Shown: positions 28,270-36,179 of the stretch, piece after piece
Position numbering within the stretch: position 1 is the stretch's first letter
Layout of the letters: each line of letters opens with the position of its first letter
Source: Candidatus Nomurabacteria bacterium
GTDB taxonomy: Bacteria; Patescibacteriota; Minisyncoccia; Phycocordibacterales; UBA5272
Reading direction: 5' to 3'
Assembly: GCA_037130925.1 (NCBI GenBank)
Contig: JBAXSC010000001.1
Span: 176,182-240,181, forward strand
DNA: 64,000 nucleotides
Made by a program: the position numbers and the translations under genes
Notes under the pieces: generated by a model
The model's database searches: none
Seen by the model: the letters and a program-made list of their open reading frames with translations, nothing else
What the model was told of the DNA's origin: nothing

Positions 28270-30456
28270 TTAATTTATCCATTTTGTAACTAAAAGTAAA
28301 TCGTCATTTTCATTTTTAATATTTCTCCAGATCTCTTCTGTTACAAATGGCATGAATGGATGAAGTGAAATAATCTGTTCACGAAGTAGTATTATTAATA
28401 ATAATTGAGCAGATTTTTTATTTTCTGTTTCTTCAATTATTTCTTTTTTACAATCTTCTATTATCACATCAGCGAAAGTTTTCCAAAAATAATCATATAA
28501 TTTTTCTCCAGCTAAATAGAATCTATAATTTTCTAAATCACTTGTGATATCAGCTATTTTATCTTTCCAGGTATTGTAAATATTTTTATGATCAGTAGTT
28601 AATAAATTAATATCTAAATCTCCTTCATAATCTGTAGTTTTTTCTAATACGAATCTTGTAGCATTCCAGATCTTATTTGCAAAATGTTTATAAGCTTTTA
28701 ATTTATCATCTCCGAGCTTTGAGTCATTTCCTGGTCCTGTGCCAATAATTAAAGCCATACGTAGAGCATCAGTACCGTATTTTGCTATGACTTCAAGTGG
28801 ATCCATTGCATTATTTAAACTCTTACTCATTTTTCTTCCTTGTGCATCTCTTACAAGTCCGTGGAAATAAACTGTACGAAATGGAATTTCATTTAATAAA
28901 TATTTACTCATTAATATCATTCTTGCAACCCAGAATGGTAAGATATCATATCCTGTTTCTAATACATCTGTAGGATGAAATTCTAAGAAGTCAGAAGTTT
29001 TTTCTGGCCAACCAAGAGTTGAAAATGTCCAAAGTCCAGATGAAAACCAAGTATCAAGAGTATCCTCATCTTGATACCAATTTTCTATATCAGTAGGAGG
29101 GTTAATATCACAGTAAATTTCTTTTGTTTCTTTGTGATACCAAACAGGTACTCTATGTCCATACCATATTTGACGAGAAATACACCAATCATGAAGATTT
29201 TCAATCCAGTGAGTATAAACTTTTTCAAAACGATCAGGAATAATTGTTATTCCATCTTTAGTTACAGCTTCCAACATTAATTCTTTCAATGTTTTATTTT
29301 CACGATCTACAATAGATTTATTAACATTTACAAACCATTGTAATTTTGGCATTGGTTCAATTATTCCTCCTGTTCTTTCAGCAGTTGATACATTTTGAGA
29401 TATTTCTTCTTCTTTTTCTAAGAGATTATTTTCTTTTAACCAATTTACAATTATTTCTCTAGCTTCTCCGACTTTTTTACCATCTAATTTTTCGTTACAG
29501 TTAATCATCTTTGCATATTCGTTGATAACTTGTTTTTTAGCTAAATTATGTCTTTCTGCTATTTCCCAGTCTATTTTTGAGTGAGCAGGTGTTACGCCGA
29601 GTGCGCCAGTACCAAATTCTTTATCAACTTCTTTATCAGCTATGATTTTTATTGTTATAGGAACATTACAAAAATTACATTCAAAAGTTTGTCCTACATA
29701 TTGTTGATATCTTTCATCTTCAGGATGAACAGCGACAGCAGTATCTCCAATTTTTGTTTCTGGTCTTGTTGTAGAAATAGAAATAGGGAATTCTTTACTG
29801 TATTTAAAAGTGTAAAACATTGCTTTTCTTTCTTCGTAAACCAGTTCATCATCACTTATTACAGTTTGACCTTTAGGATCCCAATTTACTATTCTATTTC
29901 CTCTATAAATAAGTCCGTCATCATACATTTTTTTAAATGCGGTACGTACAGCGAAATTTCTTTTTTCATCTAAAGTAAAAGCTTCACGACTCCAATCTAG
30001 TGAAGAGCCCATCTTTTTTGATTGGGTAACAATAGTATTATGACTTTGCTCGGCAAATTCATTTACTTTCTTTAAGAATTCTTCTCTTCCTAAATCATAT
30101 TTACTTTTCTTTTCTTCTTTTAATAGATTTTTCTCTACTACTGATTGAGTTGCTATAGCCGCATGGTCTGTTCCTGGTATCCATAATGTTCTATATCCTT
30201 GCATTCTTTTATATCTGACCATTATATCTTCAATAGCGAGCATTATAGCGTGTCCTGTATGCAGAGTTCCTGTCACATTTGGTGGAGGTAAAACTATAGA
30301 AAATTTTTTTTCTTTACCATTTTCATCTTTTGAAATATTTTCTGATTTTAAATTATCAGGATTAAAATACCCAGAATTTAGCCATTCTTGATAGATTTTG
30401 TCTTCTACTTGATTAGAATCGTATGGTTTTAAAAAAGTTTCTGGTAGTGTTTTCAT
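28270..30456 (-). CDS. valS: valine--tRNA ligase (short form)
   Basis: PPPNVTGTLHTGH, DWCISRQIWYGH, DTWFSS, KMSKS. Confidence 0.97.
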   Translation of the reverse strand: MKTLPETFLKPYDSNQVEDKIYQEWLNSGYFNPDNLKSENISKDENGKEKKFSIVLPPPNVTGTLHTGHAIMLAIEDIMVRYKRMQGYRTLWIPGTDHAAIATQSVVEKNLLKEEKKSKYDLGREEFLKKVNEFAEQSHNTIVTQSKKMGSSLDWSREAFTLDEKRNFAVRTAFKKMYDDGLIYRGNRIVNWDPKGQTVISDDELVYEERKAMFYTFKYSKEFPISISTTRPETKIGDTAVAVHPEDERYQQYVGQTFECNFCNVPITIKIIADKEVDKEFGTGALGVTPAHSKIDWEIAERHNLAKKQVINEYAKMINCNEKLDGKKVGEAREIIVNWLKENNLLEKEEEISQNVSTAERTGGIIEPMPKLQWFVNVNKSIVDRENKTLKELMLEAVTKDGITIIPDRFEKVYTHWIENLHDWCISRQIWYGHRVPVWYHKETKEIYCDINPPTDIENWYQDEDTLDTWFSSGLWTFSTLGWPEKTSDFLEFHPTDVLETGYDILPFWVARMILMSKYLLNEIPFRTVYFHGLVRDAQGRKMSKSLNNAMDPLEVIAKYGTDALRMALIIGTGPGNDSKLGDDKLKAYKHFANKIWNATRFVLEKTTDYEGDLDINLLTTDHKNIYNTWKDKIADITSDLENYRFYLAGEKLYDYFWKTFADVIIEDCKKEIIEETENKKSAQLLLIILLREQIISLHPFMPFVTEEIWRNIKNENDDLLLVTKWIN

Positions 30457-30558
30457 AATTTTAAGATAAATAATTAACTTTTGCTTTGCTATATGTCTAT
30501 ATTATCACATTTTCTTTTTATGATAAAATGAAAAAATACTTAAAAATAAACAATATTT

Positions 30559-31224
30559 ATGCAAAAGAAAATGGTGATATTCGATTTCGATGGAACGATT
30601 TGGGATTCTATTAAAGAAGTTGAATTAAACAATATAGAAAAATTTAAAGAAGAATATAGAGGTCAAATTTCTATTTCAGAGCTTTATACTCATAATGTGA
30701 ATATTTTTTTTAATTTAGAAAAAAATAGAAAAGAAAATGAGAAAAGGTTGGTAAGTGATGAAGAATTAGAATTAGTAGAAAAAAGATATACAGAAAGAAA
30801 GCGATCAACTCTTCCTTGGCAAGGAGTAAAAGAATTAATGCAAGAGTTAAAAGATAAAAATATTTTAATTTCACTTTTATCTTTAACAAGATCTGGAAAT
30901 ACAGATCCTTTATTAGAAAAACATGATTTTAAAAAATATTTTTCAGATATTATTTTTGGAGATAATGTTTTAGGAAAAATTTCTAAAGTAGAAAATTTTG
31001 AATATCTTTTAAAAAAGAATAATTTAGTAGCTGATGAAGTTGTTTTTGTGACAGATACATTGAGTGATGTGCGTGAAGCGAATTCTGTAGGTATAGATAC
31101 TATTGCTGTGACATATGGTCAGCATAATAGAGAATTTTTTGAAAGAGAGAAAAATCAAAATGTTTTATTTATTGTAGATTCAGTATCTGAATTATCAGAA
31201 AAGCTATTAAATCTTATTAATTAA
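30559..31224 (+). CDS. HAD-family hydrolase
   Basis: FDFDGT motif I, VTDTLSD motif IV. Confidence 0.9.
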   Translation: MQKKMVIFDFDGTIWDSIKEVELNNIEKFKEEYRGQISISELYTHNVNIFFNLEKNRKENEKRLVSDEELELVEKRYTERKRSTLPWQGVKELMQELKDKNILISLLSLTRSGNTDPLLEKHDFKKYFSDIIFGDNVLGKISKVENFEYLLKKNNLVADEVVFVTDTLSDVREANSVGIDTIAVTYGQHNREFFEREKNQNVLFIVDSVSELSEKLLNLIN

Positions 31225-31232
31225 AATAATTT

Positions 31233-31820
31233 ATGATTTTAGATTTTAAAACTATTTTTAGTATTGCTGCGGCAATATTGGTTTTTGTGAGTTACTTCTT
31301 TTATATAAAAAGTATTTTAAAAGGTAATGCAAAGCCTCATGTTTTTACATGGGGACTTTGGTCTTTAATAGTTTTTATTTTATTTTTATTACAGAGATCT
31401 GGTGGAGCAGGACTTGGATCTTTACCGACACTTTTGGTTTCTATTTTATGTTTAGTCGTTTTGACTTTAAGTTTAATAAAAGAAAGTAATAAAAATATTC
31501 GAAAGATAGATATTGTATTTCTTATTCTTACTTTGATTTCTATTCCAATTTGGATATTGGCAAAGTCTCCAGAAATTTCAACTTTACTTTTATTAGTAGT
31601 TTATTCTTTAGCAGGTGAGGCAACAATTAGGAAGTCTTGGCTTGATCCATATTCAGAAACTATTTCTCTTTGGTCTATTAATTCTGTGAGAGCTATACTT
31701 TCTATTTTAGCTTTATCAAAATATACTTTTCTAACACTCGCATTTCCAACTTTAGTATTTTTTTCAGCAGCATCTTTTACTATTATTTTAATAATTAGAA
31801 GAAAAAATTTTAAAAAATAA
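31233..31820 (+). CDS. multi-pass membrane protein
   Basis: About 7 hydrophobic helices; KPHVFTW, TIRKSWLDPYSE. Confidence 0.8.
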   Translation: MILDFKTIFSIAAAILVFVSYFFYIKSILKGNAKPHVFTWGLWSLIVFILFLLQRSGGAGLGSLPTLLVSILCLVVLTLSLIKESNKNIRKIDIVFLILTLISIPIWILAKSPEISTLLLLVVYSLAGEATIRKSWLDPYSETISLWSINSVRAILSILALSKYTFLTLAFPTLVFFSAASFTIILIIRRKNFKK

Positions 31821-31852
31821 AAAAATAATGATATAAGTTATAAAATAAATTT

Positions 31853-32407
31853 ATGAAAAAAAAATTAGCAAAACAAGATAAAGTTTTAAAAAAAGTTTCT
31901 CCTCTTGCAAAAGATTTATCAAAAAAATTAGATAAGACAGTTTCAAAGAGAATGAATGCTGCAGAAAAATATCATTTACCAGATCATCATTTTAAAAAAG
32001 TTGTAGTTAAAAAAAGTAAATTTGGTCTAGGACTTTTTGCTGGTGAGAATATTAAAAAAGGTGAAGTGATAATAGAGTACATTGGAAATATAATGACAGA
32101 CAAAGAAGCTGATCAAATAGCTGATAGTAGATACATTTTTTGGGTTAAAAAAGATTTTAATATCGATGGATCACCACGATGGAATATAGGCAGATACTGC
32201 AATCACTCTTGTAATCCAAACTCAGAAAGTGAAATAAAAAAAGGAAGAGTTTTTGTAAGAGCGATAAAAAATATTAATCTTGGAGAAGAAATAGTTTATG
32301 ATTACGGAGAAGAATATGTAAAAGATATTTTAATTGCAAAAGATGGTGGATGTGGATGTGATGCGAAAAAACATTTGTATCATGAAGTAGTAAAAATAAA
32401 AAAATAA
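31853..32407 (+). CDS. SET-domain protein-lysine methyltransferase
   Basis: GLGLFA, IIEYIG, RYCNHSCNPN, GEEIVYDYG, post-SET CGC. Confidence 0.95.
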   Translation: MKKKLAKQDKVLKKVSPLAKDLSKKLDKTVSKRMNAAEKYHLPDHHFKKVVVKKSKFGLGLFAGENIKKGEVIIEYIGNIMTDKEADQIADSRYIFWVKKDFNIDGSPRWNIGRYCNHSCNPNSESEIKKGRVFVRAIKNINLGEEIVYDYGEEYVKDILIAKDGGCGCDAKKHLYHEVVKIKK

Positions 32408-32467
32408 AATTAAAAATAAAAAATAATTTTTTAAAAAAATATTTTTATAAAAATAAAAAATAAAAAG

Positions 32468-32524
32468 TTATCCACAAATTTTTTTGCAAAAAGTATTGTA
32501 TAAATTTTTTATGAATGAGATAAT
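32468..32524 (+). promoter_or_regulatory. DnaA box + promoter of Lys-rich peptide gene
   Basis: TTATCCACA 32468-32476; TTGTAT-N17-GATAAT with upstream TG. Confidence 0.55.
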
Positions 32525-32602
32525 TAATATTAAGAGAGGCAGACCGAAGGTCCAAGGTCAAAATTTATAAGCGCACTCTCATAAATATTTATATCTAAAA
32601 AT

Positions 32603-32692
32603 ATGGCAGCAAAGAAAAAAGCAGCAAAGAAGGTTGCAAAGAAAAAAGCAACTAAAAAAGTTGCAAAGAAAGTAGCAAAAAAGAAAAAGTAA
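32603..32692 (+). CDS. 29-aa Lys/Ala-rich histone H1-like peptide (not in ORF track)
   Basis: MAAKKKAAKKVAKKKATKKVAKKVAKKKK*; mixed AAA/AAG codons, A-rich pre-ATG context, own terminator. Confidence 0.85.
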   Translation: MAAKKKAAKKVAKKKATKKVAKKVAKKKK

Positions 32693-32702
32693 TTAACTTT
32701 TT

Positions 32703-32747
32703 AAAATAAAATCCTCTGCGTCTCCCACGACAGAGGATTTTATTTTT
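32703..32747 (+). terminator. terminator after Lys-rich peptide
   Basis: AAAATAAAATCCTCTG/CAGAGGATTTTATTTT stem. Confidence 0.85.
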
Positions 32748-32837
32748 GCTTATTAAAATAGTCTATATTCTGGTATAATGTATATATTATTAGTTATTTG
32801 AGTTTTGTATAAAAACATTAAAATATAAAGAAATTTT

Positions 32838-33203
32838 ATGAATATAAAAGTAAAAGGAACAGATATCGAAGTTACAGAAGCTATAAGAGATTATGCTGAG
32901 AAAAAAATAGGTGAAACTTTAAAAAAGTTTAATAGTTCTTCAAAAGGAAATATTTTAGTAGAAATAGAATTAGGTAAAACTAATAATCATCATACTCATG
33001 GAGATAATTATAAGACATCCGTGACAATCACAGGTCTTTCAAAAAATATTTTTGTTGATGTTGTTAAAGATGATCTTTATGCATCAATAGATGAAGCAAA
33101 AGATAAATTAGAAAATAGATTAGCAGAAACAAAAGATAAAAAGAAAACTCTTTCAAATAAAATATCTTTAAAGTTTAAAAATCTTTTTAAAGGTAATGAT
33201 TAA
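32838..33203 (+). CDS. hpf: ribosome hibernation factor HPF/RaiA
   Basis: MNIKVKGTDIEVTEAIRDYAEKK, DLYASIDEAKDKLE. Confidence 0.9.
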   Translation: MNIKVKGTDIEVTEAIRDYAEKKIGETLKKFNSSSKGNILVEIELGKTNNHHTHGDNYKTSVTITGLSKNIFVDVVKDDLYASIDEAKDKLENRLAETKDKKKTLSNKISLKFKNLFKGND

Positions 33204-33208
33204 TTAAT

Positions 33209-33898
33209 ATGAAGAAAAATTGGAAAAATATTTTATATATAATTTTAGCTTTAGTTATAGTTATATTTTTAATAAATTTAGTTTTAAAAAAGAGTAATGT
33301 GTCAGACAATATTGTTATTGATAATAATTCGAATGCTACAAGTACAGAAAATGTAGCAACTGATACAAATATTCTTAAAGATAATAAAAAAAATAATATG
33401 GATAATACAAACGAAAATAAAACTTATACAGAAGCAATCTTACATACAAGTTTAGGTGTAATAACTTTTGAATTTTCATCTAATAAACCTTTAACTACTG
33501 AAAATTTTAAAAAATTAGCAGCAGAAGGATTTTATAATGGTGTAAAATTTCACAGAGTTATTAAGGGATTCATGATTCAGACAGGAGATCCTCTTTCAAA
33601 AGATAATACAAAGAAAGCTTATTGGGGTACAGGTGGACCAGGATATAAATTCCAAGATGAATTAACCGGTACAGAGAAATATGAAATTGGTACAGTTGCT
33701 ATGGCAAATTCAGGACCAAATACAAATGGCTCACAATTTTTTATTATGACAAGCAATACTCAGCTTCCTCCGGCATATACAGTGTTTGGTAAAGTCGTTG
33801 CGGGTATTGATGTTGCAATGAAGATTCAAGATGTCGCAACAGATAGTAGCGATAAACCTCTTGAAGATATTACAATTAGTTCAATTGAATTAAAATAG
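33209..33898 (+). CDS. cyclophilin-type peptidyl-prolyl isomerase with N-terminal TM
   Basis: FHRVIKGFMIQTGDP, AMANSGPNTNGSQFFI, YTVFGKV. Confidence 0.95.
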   Translation: MKKNWKNILYIILALVIVIFLINLVLKKSNVSDNIVIDNNSNATSTENVATDTNILKDNKKNNMDNTNENKTYTEAILHTSLGVITFEFSSNKPLTTENFKKLAAEGFYNGVKFHRVIKGFMIQTGDPLSKDNTKKAYWGTGGPGYKFQDELTGTEKYEIGTVAMANSGPNTNGSQFFIMTSNTQLPPAYTVFGKVVAGIDVAMKIQDVATDSSDKPLEDITISSIELK

Positions 33899-33912
33899 AT
33901 ATTACATAAAAC

Positions 33913-33979
33913 AAAAAATACTCTTTCGAATTTTCTTAACCCTAAAGGGCTCCGACAAAAATTCTTAAGAGTATTTTTT
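33913..33979. repeat. stem-loop carrying the same 23-nt loop (copy 2), probable bidirectional terminator
   Basis: AAAAAATACTCTT..GAATTTT-[loop]-AAAATTC..AAGAGTATTTTTT between convergent genes. Confidence 0.85.
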
Positions 33980-33986
33980 TGTTTTA

Positions 33987-34871
33987 TTAAATTAGATATC
34001 CTCTTTCAAAATCTTCAAAATTCATTTCAGATTTTCCTTCTGGAATAACTTTTTCTATTATTTCTTTTGCTAATTTATCTTTTGCAAAATCTTTTATTAA
34101 ATTTATTTGAGATATTTTCACTCTCATTTCTTTATCTTTATGATTTATAAAAAAGAAAAGTGGAATATGAGGCAAGAATGCTTTGAATTTATTTTGTATA
34201 TCTTCTGCTTTATCTTCTAATTTTATCTCTCCTTCTTTTTTATCAAATTTTCTAGTGAAAGTAGCAAGATCATGATCTTGATCTATTAATTTTATATTTC
34301 CTTCGAGATAATGTTCTAAAATTTGTAATATCATTTCTCCTCCTTCTGCTCCACATTTTCTTTCTAATTTCTCATTTATATCTTCATCTAAAATATTTAT
34401 TTCTTTTTGTATTAAAATTGGTCCATGATCAACTTCTTTGTCGAGCTTTATGATTGTAATGCCTGTAGTATTGTCTCCATTTAATAAAGCTGTCTGAATA
34501 GGTGAAGGTCCTCTATATTTTGGTAAAAGTGAAGGGTGAACATTTAATGTTCCACTTTTTGGAATATTTAAAATACTTTCTGGTAAAATTTTTGGATAGC
34601 TCGCCACTATAAATACATCAAATTCTTCTGAAAGATATTTATTATTTTCTTCTGTATCTTTAAAATTTATCGGTTGCCAAACTTTTATATTTTTACTTTC
34701 ACACCAAGTCTTGATAATAGGCGAATGTAATTCCATTTTTCTTCCAGATCTTTTATCTGGAGAAGTTATCACAAGTGAAGGTATTAAATTATTTTTATAA
34801 AGAGAATACAAAGCACTCTCTGCAAGTGGTCCTGTACCAAAAAAAGCAAATTTTATATTTTTATTTTCCAT
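33987..34871 (-). CDS. fmt: methionyl-tRNA formyltransferase
   Basis: FFGT, NVHPSLLPKYRGPSPIQ, VDHGPI; adjacent to def. Confidence 0.96.
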   Translation of the reverse strand: MENKNIKFAFFGTGPLAESALYSLYKNNLIPSLVITSPDKRSGRKMELHSPIIKTWCESKNIKVWQPINFKDTEENNKYLSEEFDVFIVASYPKILPESILNIPKSGTLNVHPSLLPKYRGPSPIQTALLNGDNTTGITIIKLDKEVDHGPILIQKEINILDEDINEKLERKCGAEGGEMILQILEHYLEGNIKLIDQDHDLATFTRKFDKKEGEIKLEDKAEDIQNKFKAFLPHIPLFFFINHKDKEMRVKISQINLIKDFAKDKLAKEIIEKVIPEGKSEMNFEDFERGYLI

Positions 34872-35409
34872 GTTTTTCTATTTCTATTTCTTGAATATTT
34901 TCTGCATGATCTATAAAGAGTATTCCGTCTAAATGATCACATTCATGCTGAAATATTTGTGCTATTAAATTTGACGCACCAAAGCTAAATTTATTTCCCA
35001 TAAAGTCATAAGCCTCTATTGTGACACTTGCATGTCTCTCTGTTGTACCATAGAGTGGTCTTACTGATAGGCATCCTTCATCTGCGAGCATTGTTTTTTT
35101 ACTTGCTTTTGTGATTGTTGGATTGATGAATACTAGAGGCTTCCAGACAGGATTTTTATTTCCTATTTCATAAGCTGACTCTCTCACTAAGAAAATTTTT
35201 TTAGATATTCCTATTTGTGGTGCTGCTATAGCTACTCCATCGCTTTCTTGATTCATTGCTTCTTTCATATCATCAAGTATCTTTTTTAATTCTGGAGTTC
35301 CAAATTCATTTTTATTTACATTTTTTGCTTCATGTCTCAATACACTTGTCTCATCAAGCTTTTGTTCTTCATCTTCCTTTTTCCAGTCAATTTGTACTAT
35401 TTTGACCAT
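34861..35409 (-). CDS. def: peptide deformylase
   Basis: GVAIAAPQIG, EGCLS, QHECDHLDG. Confidence 0.97.
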   Translation of the reverse strand: MVKIVQIDWKKEDEEQKLDETSVLRHEAKNVNKNEFGTPELKKILDDMKEAMNQESDGVAIAAPQIGISKKIFLVRESAYEIGNKNPVWKPLVFINPTITKASKKTMLADEGCLSVRPLYGTTERHASVTIEAYDFMGNKFSFGASNLIAQIFQHECDHLDGILFIDHAENIQEIEIEKHGK

Positions 35410-35465
35410 ATATTTAAATAGATATTAATAAGCTGATTTTATCATATTAGTTTTTTGAAATATAC

Positions 35466-35588
35466 TTGACAAATTAGTAAATAAGAGTATAATAATATAT
35501 AGTTAAATTTTGTTCTTTAAAATCAAAAAATTAAGAACAAAATTAAATTTCTAAAACAATATTTTAATATTTTTAAATTTTATTCAAA
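35466..35588 (+). promoter_or_regulatory. promoter + boxA-like hairpin leader (copy 3 of 3)
   Basis: TTGACA-N16-TATAAT; AATTTTGTTCTT...AAGAACAAAATT stem. Confidence 0.75.
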
Positions 35589-36127
35589 ATGAACACAAAT
35601 TCAAAACGTTGGATCAAAAACGGTCGTATTTATTTTTCAGTAATAGGCCTGGGTCTTACAGCTGAAAAGTGGAAAACAAGGCTTAAAAAAATGGTCATAA
35701 AATTACCAATTCCGCAGATAAACTTCTTACAAAATCAGATTATAATGAAAATCATAGACTAGTACCTGGAAAAGAGTATCATTTAGTGTTGGTTGAAAAT
35801 AATAAAATGGGAAAAGATTTTAAATTTACAGATGAGAACTTAAAAACTTTCTCTATAAAAGAGTTTGGTGAAAGTTCTGTATCGGAATTGAAAGGTGAAT
35901 TAGCCTTACTTATTCGTGAAAAATTTTCTAATGAAGAATTGGAAGAGATGGGTTTAGCTTATATAGCTGTACTTCATAAACCAATTATTTCTTTTTCCGT
36001 TGATAATTCTGCAGGTACTCTTCGTTCTGGTCAAAATATTGGGTATTCTTTAATAGATTCTTATTATGATATCAGGTATGATGACTGGGTTATTGACCGT
36101 GGTTCTTTTGCTTTTTTGGTAAATTAA
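35589..36127 (+). pseudogene. frameshifted hypothetical gene (shift at A7 tract 35685-35691)
   Basis: MNTNSKRWIKNGRIYFSV...KTRLKK continues in the -1 frame as NGHKITNS...GKEYHLVLVENNK into the listed 35786..36127 ORF. Confidence 0.75.
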
Positions 36128-36179
36128 TTTTTTGATTTTCTTTTTTTTAAAATCCTCTTCGTGAAAGCGGGGAGGTTTT

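Noticed and set aside
32400-32465. A/T-run low-complexity tract
   Set aside because: Compositional; at most an UP-element-like region.
32533-32585. Glycine riboswitch (GAGAG...CCGAAG...CTCTCA resemblance)
   Set aside because: No P2 stem, no closing CAGG and no glycine-related gene; kept only as an unknown structured leader.
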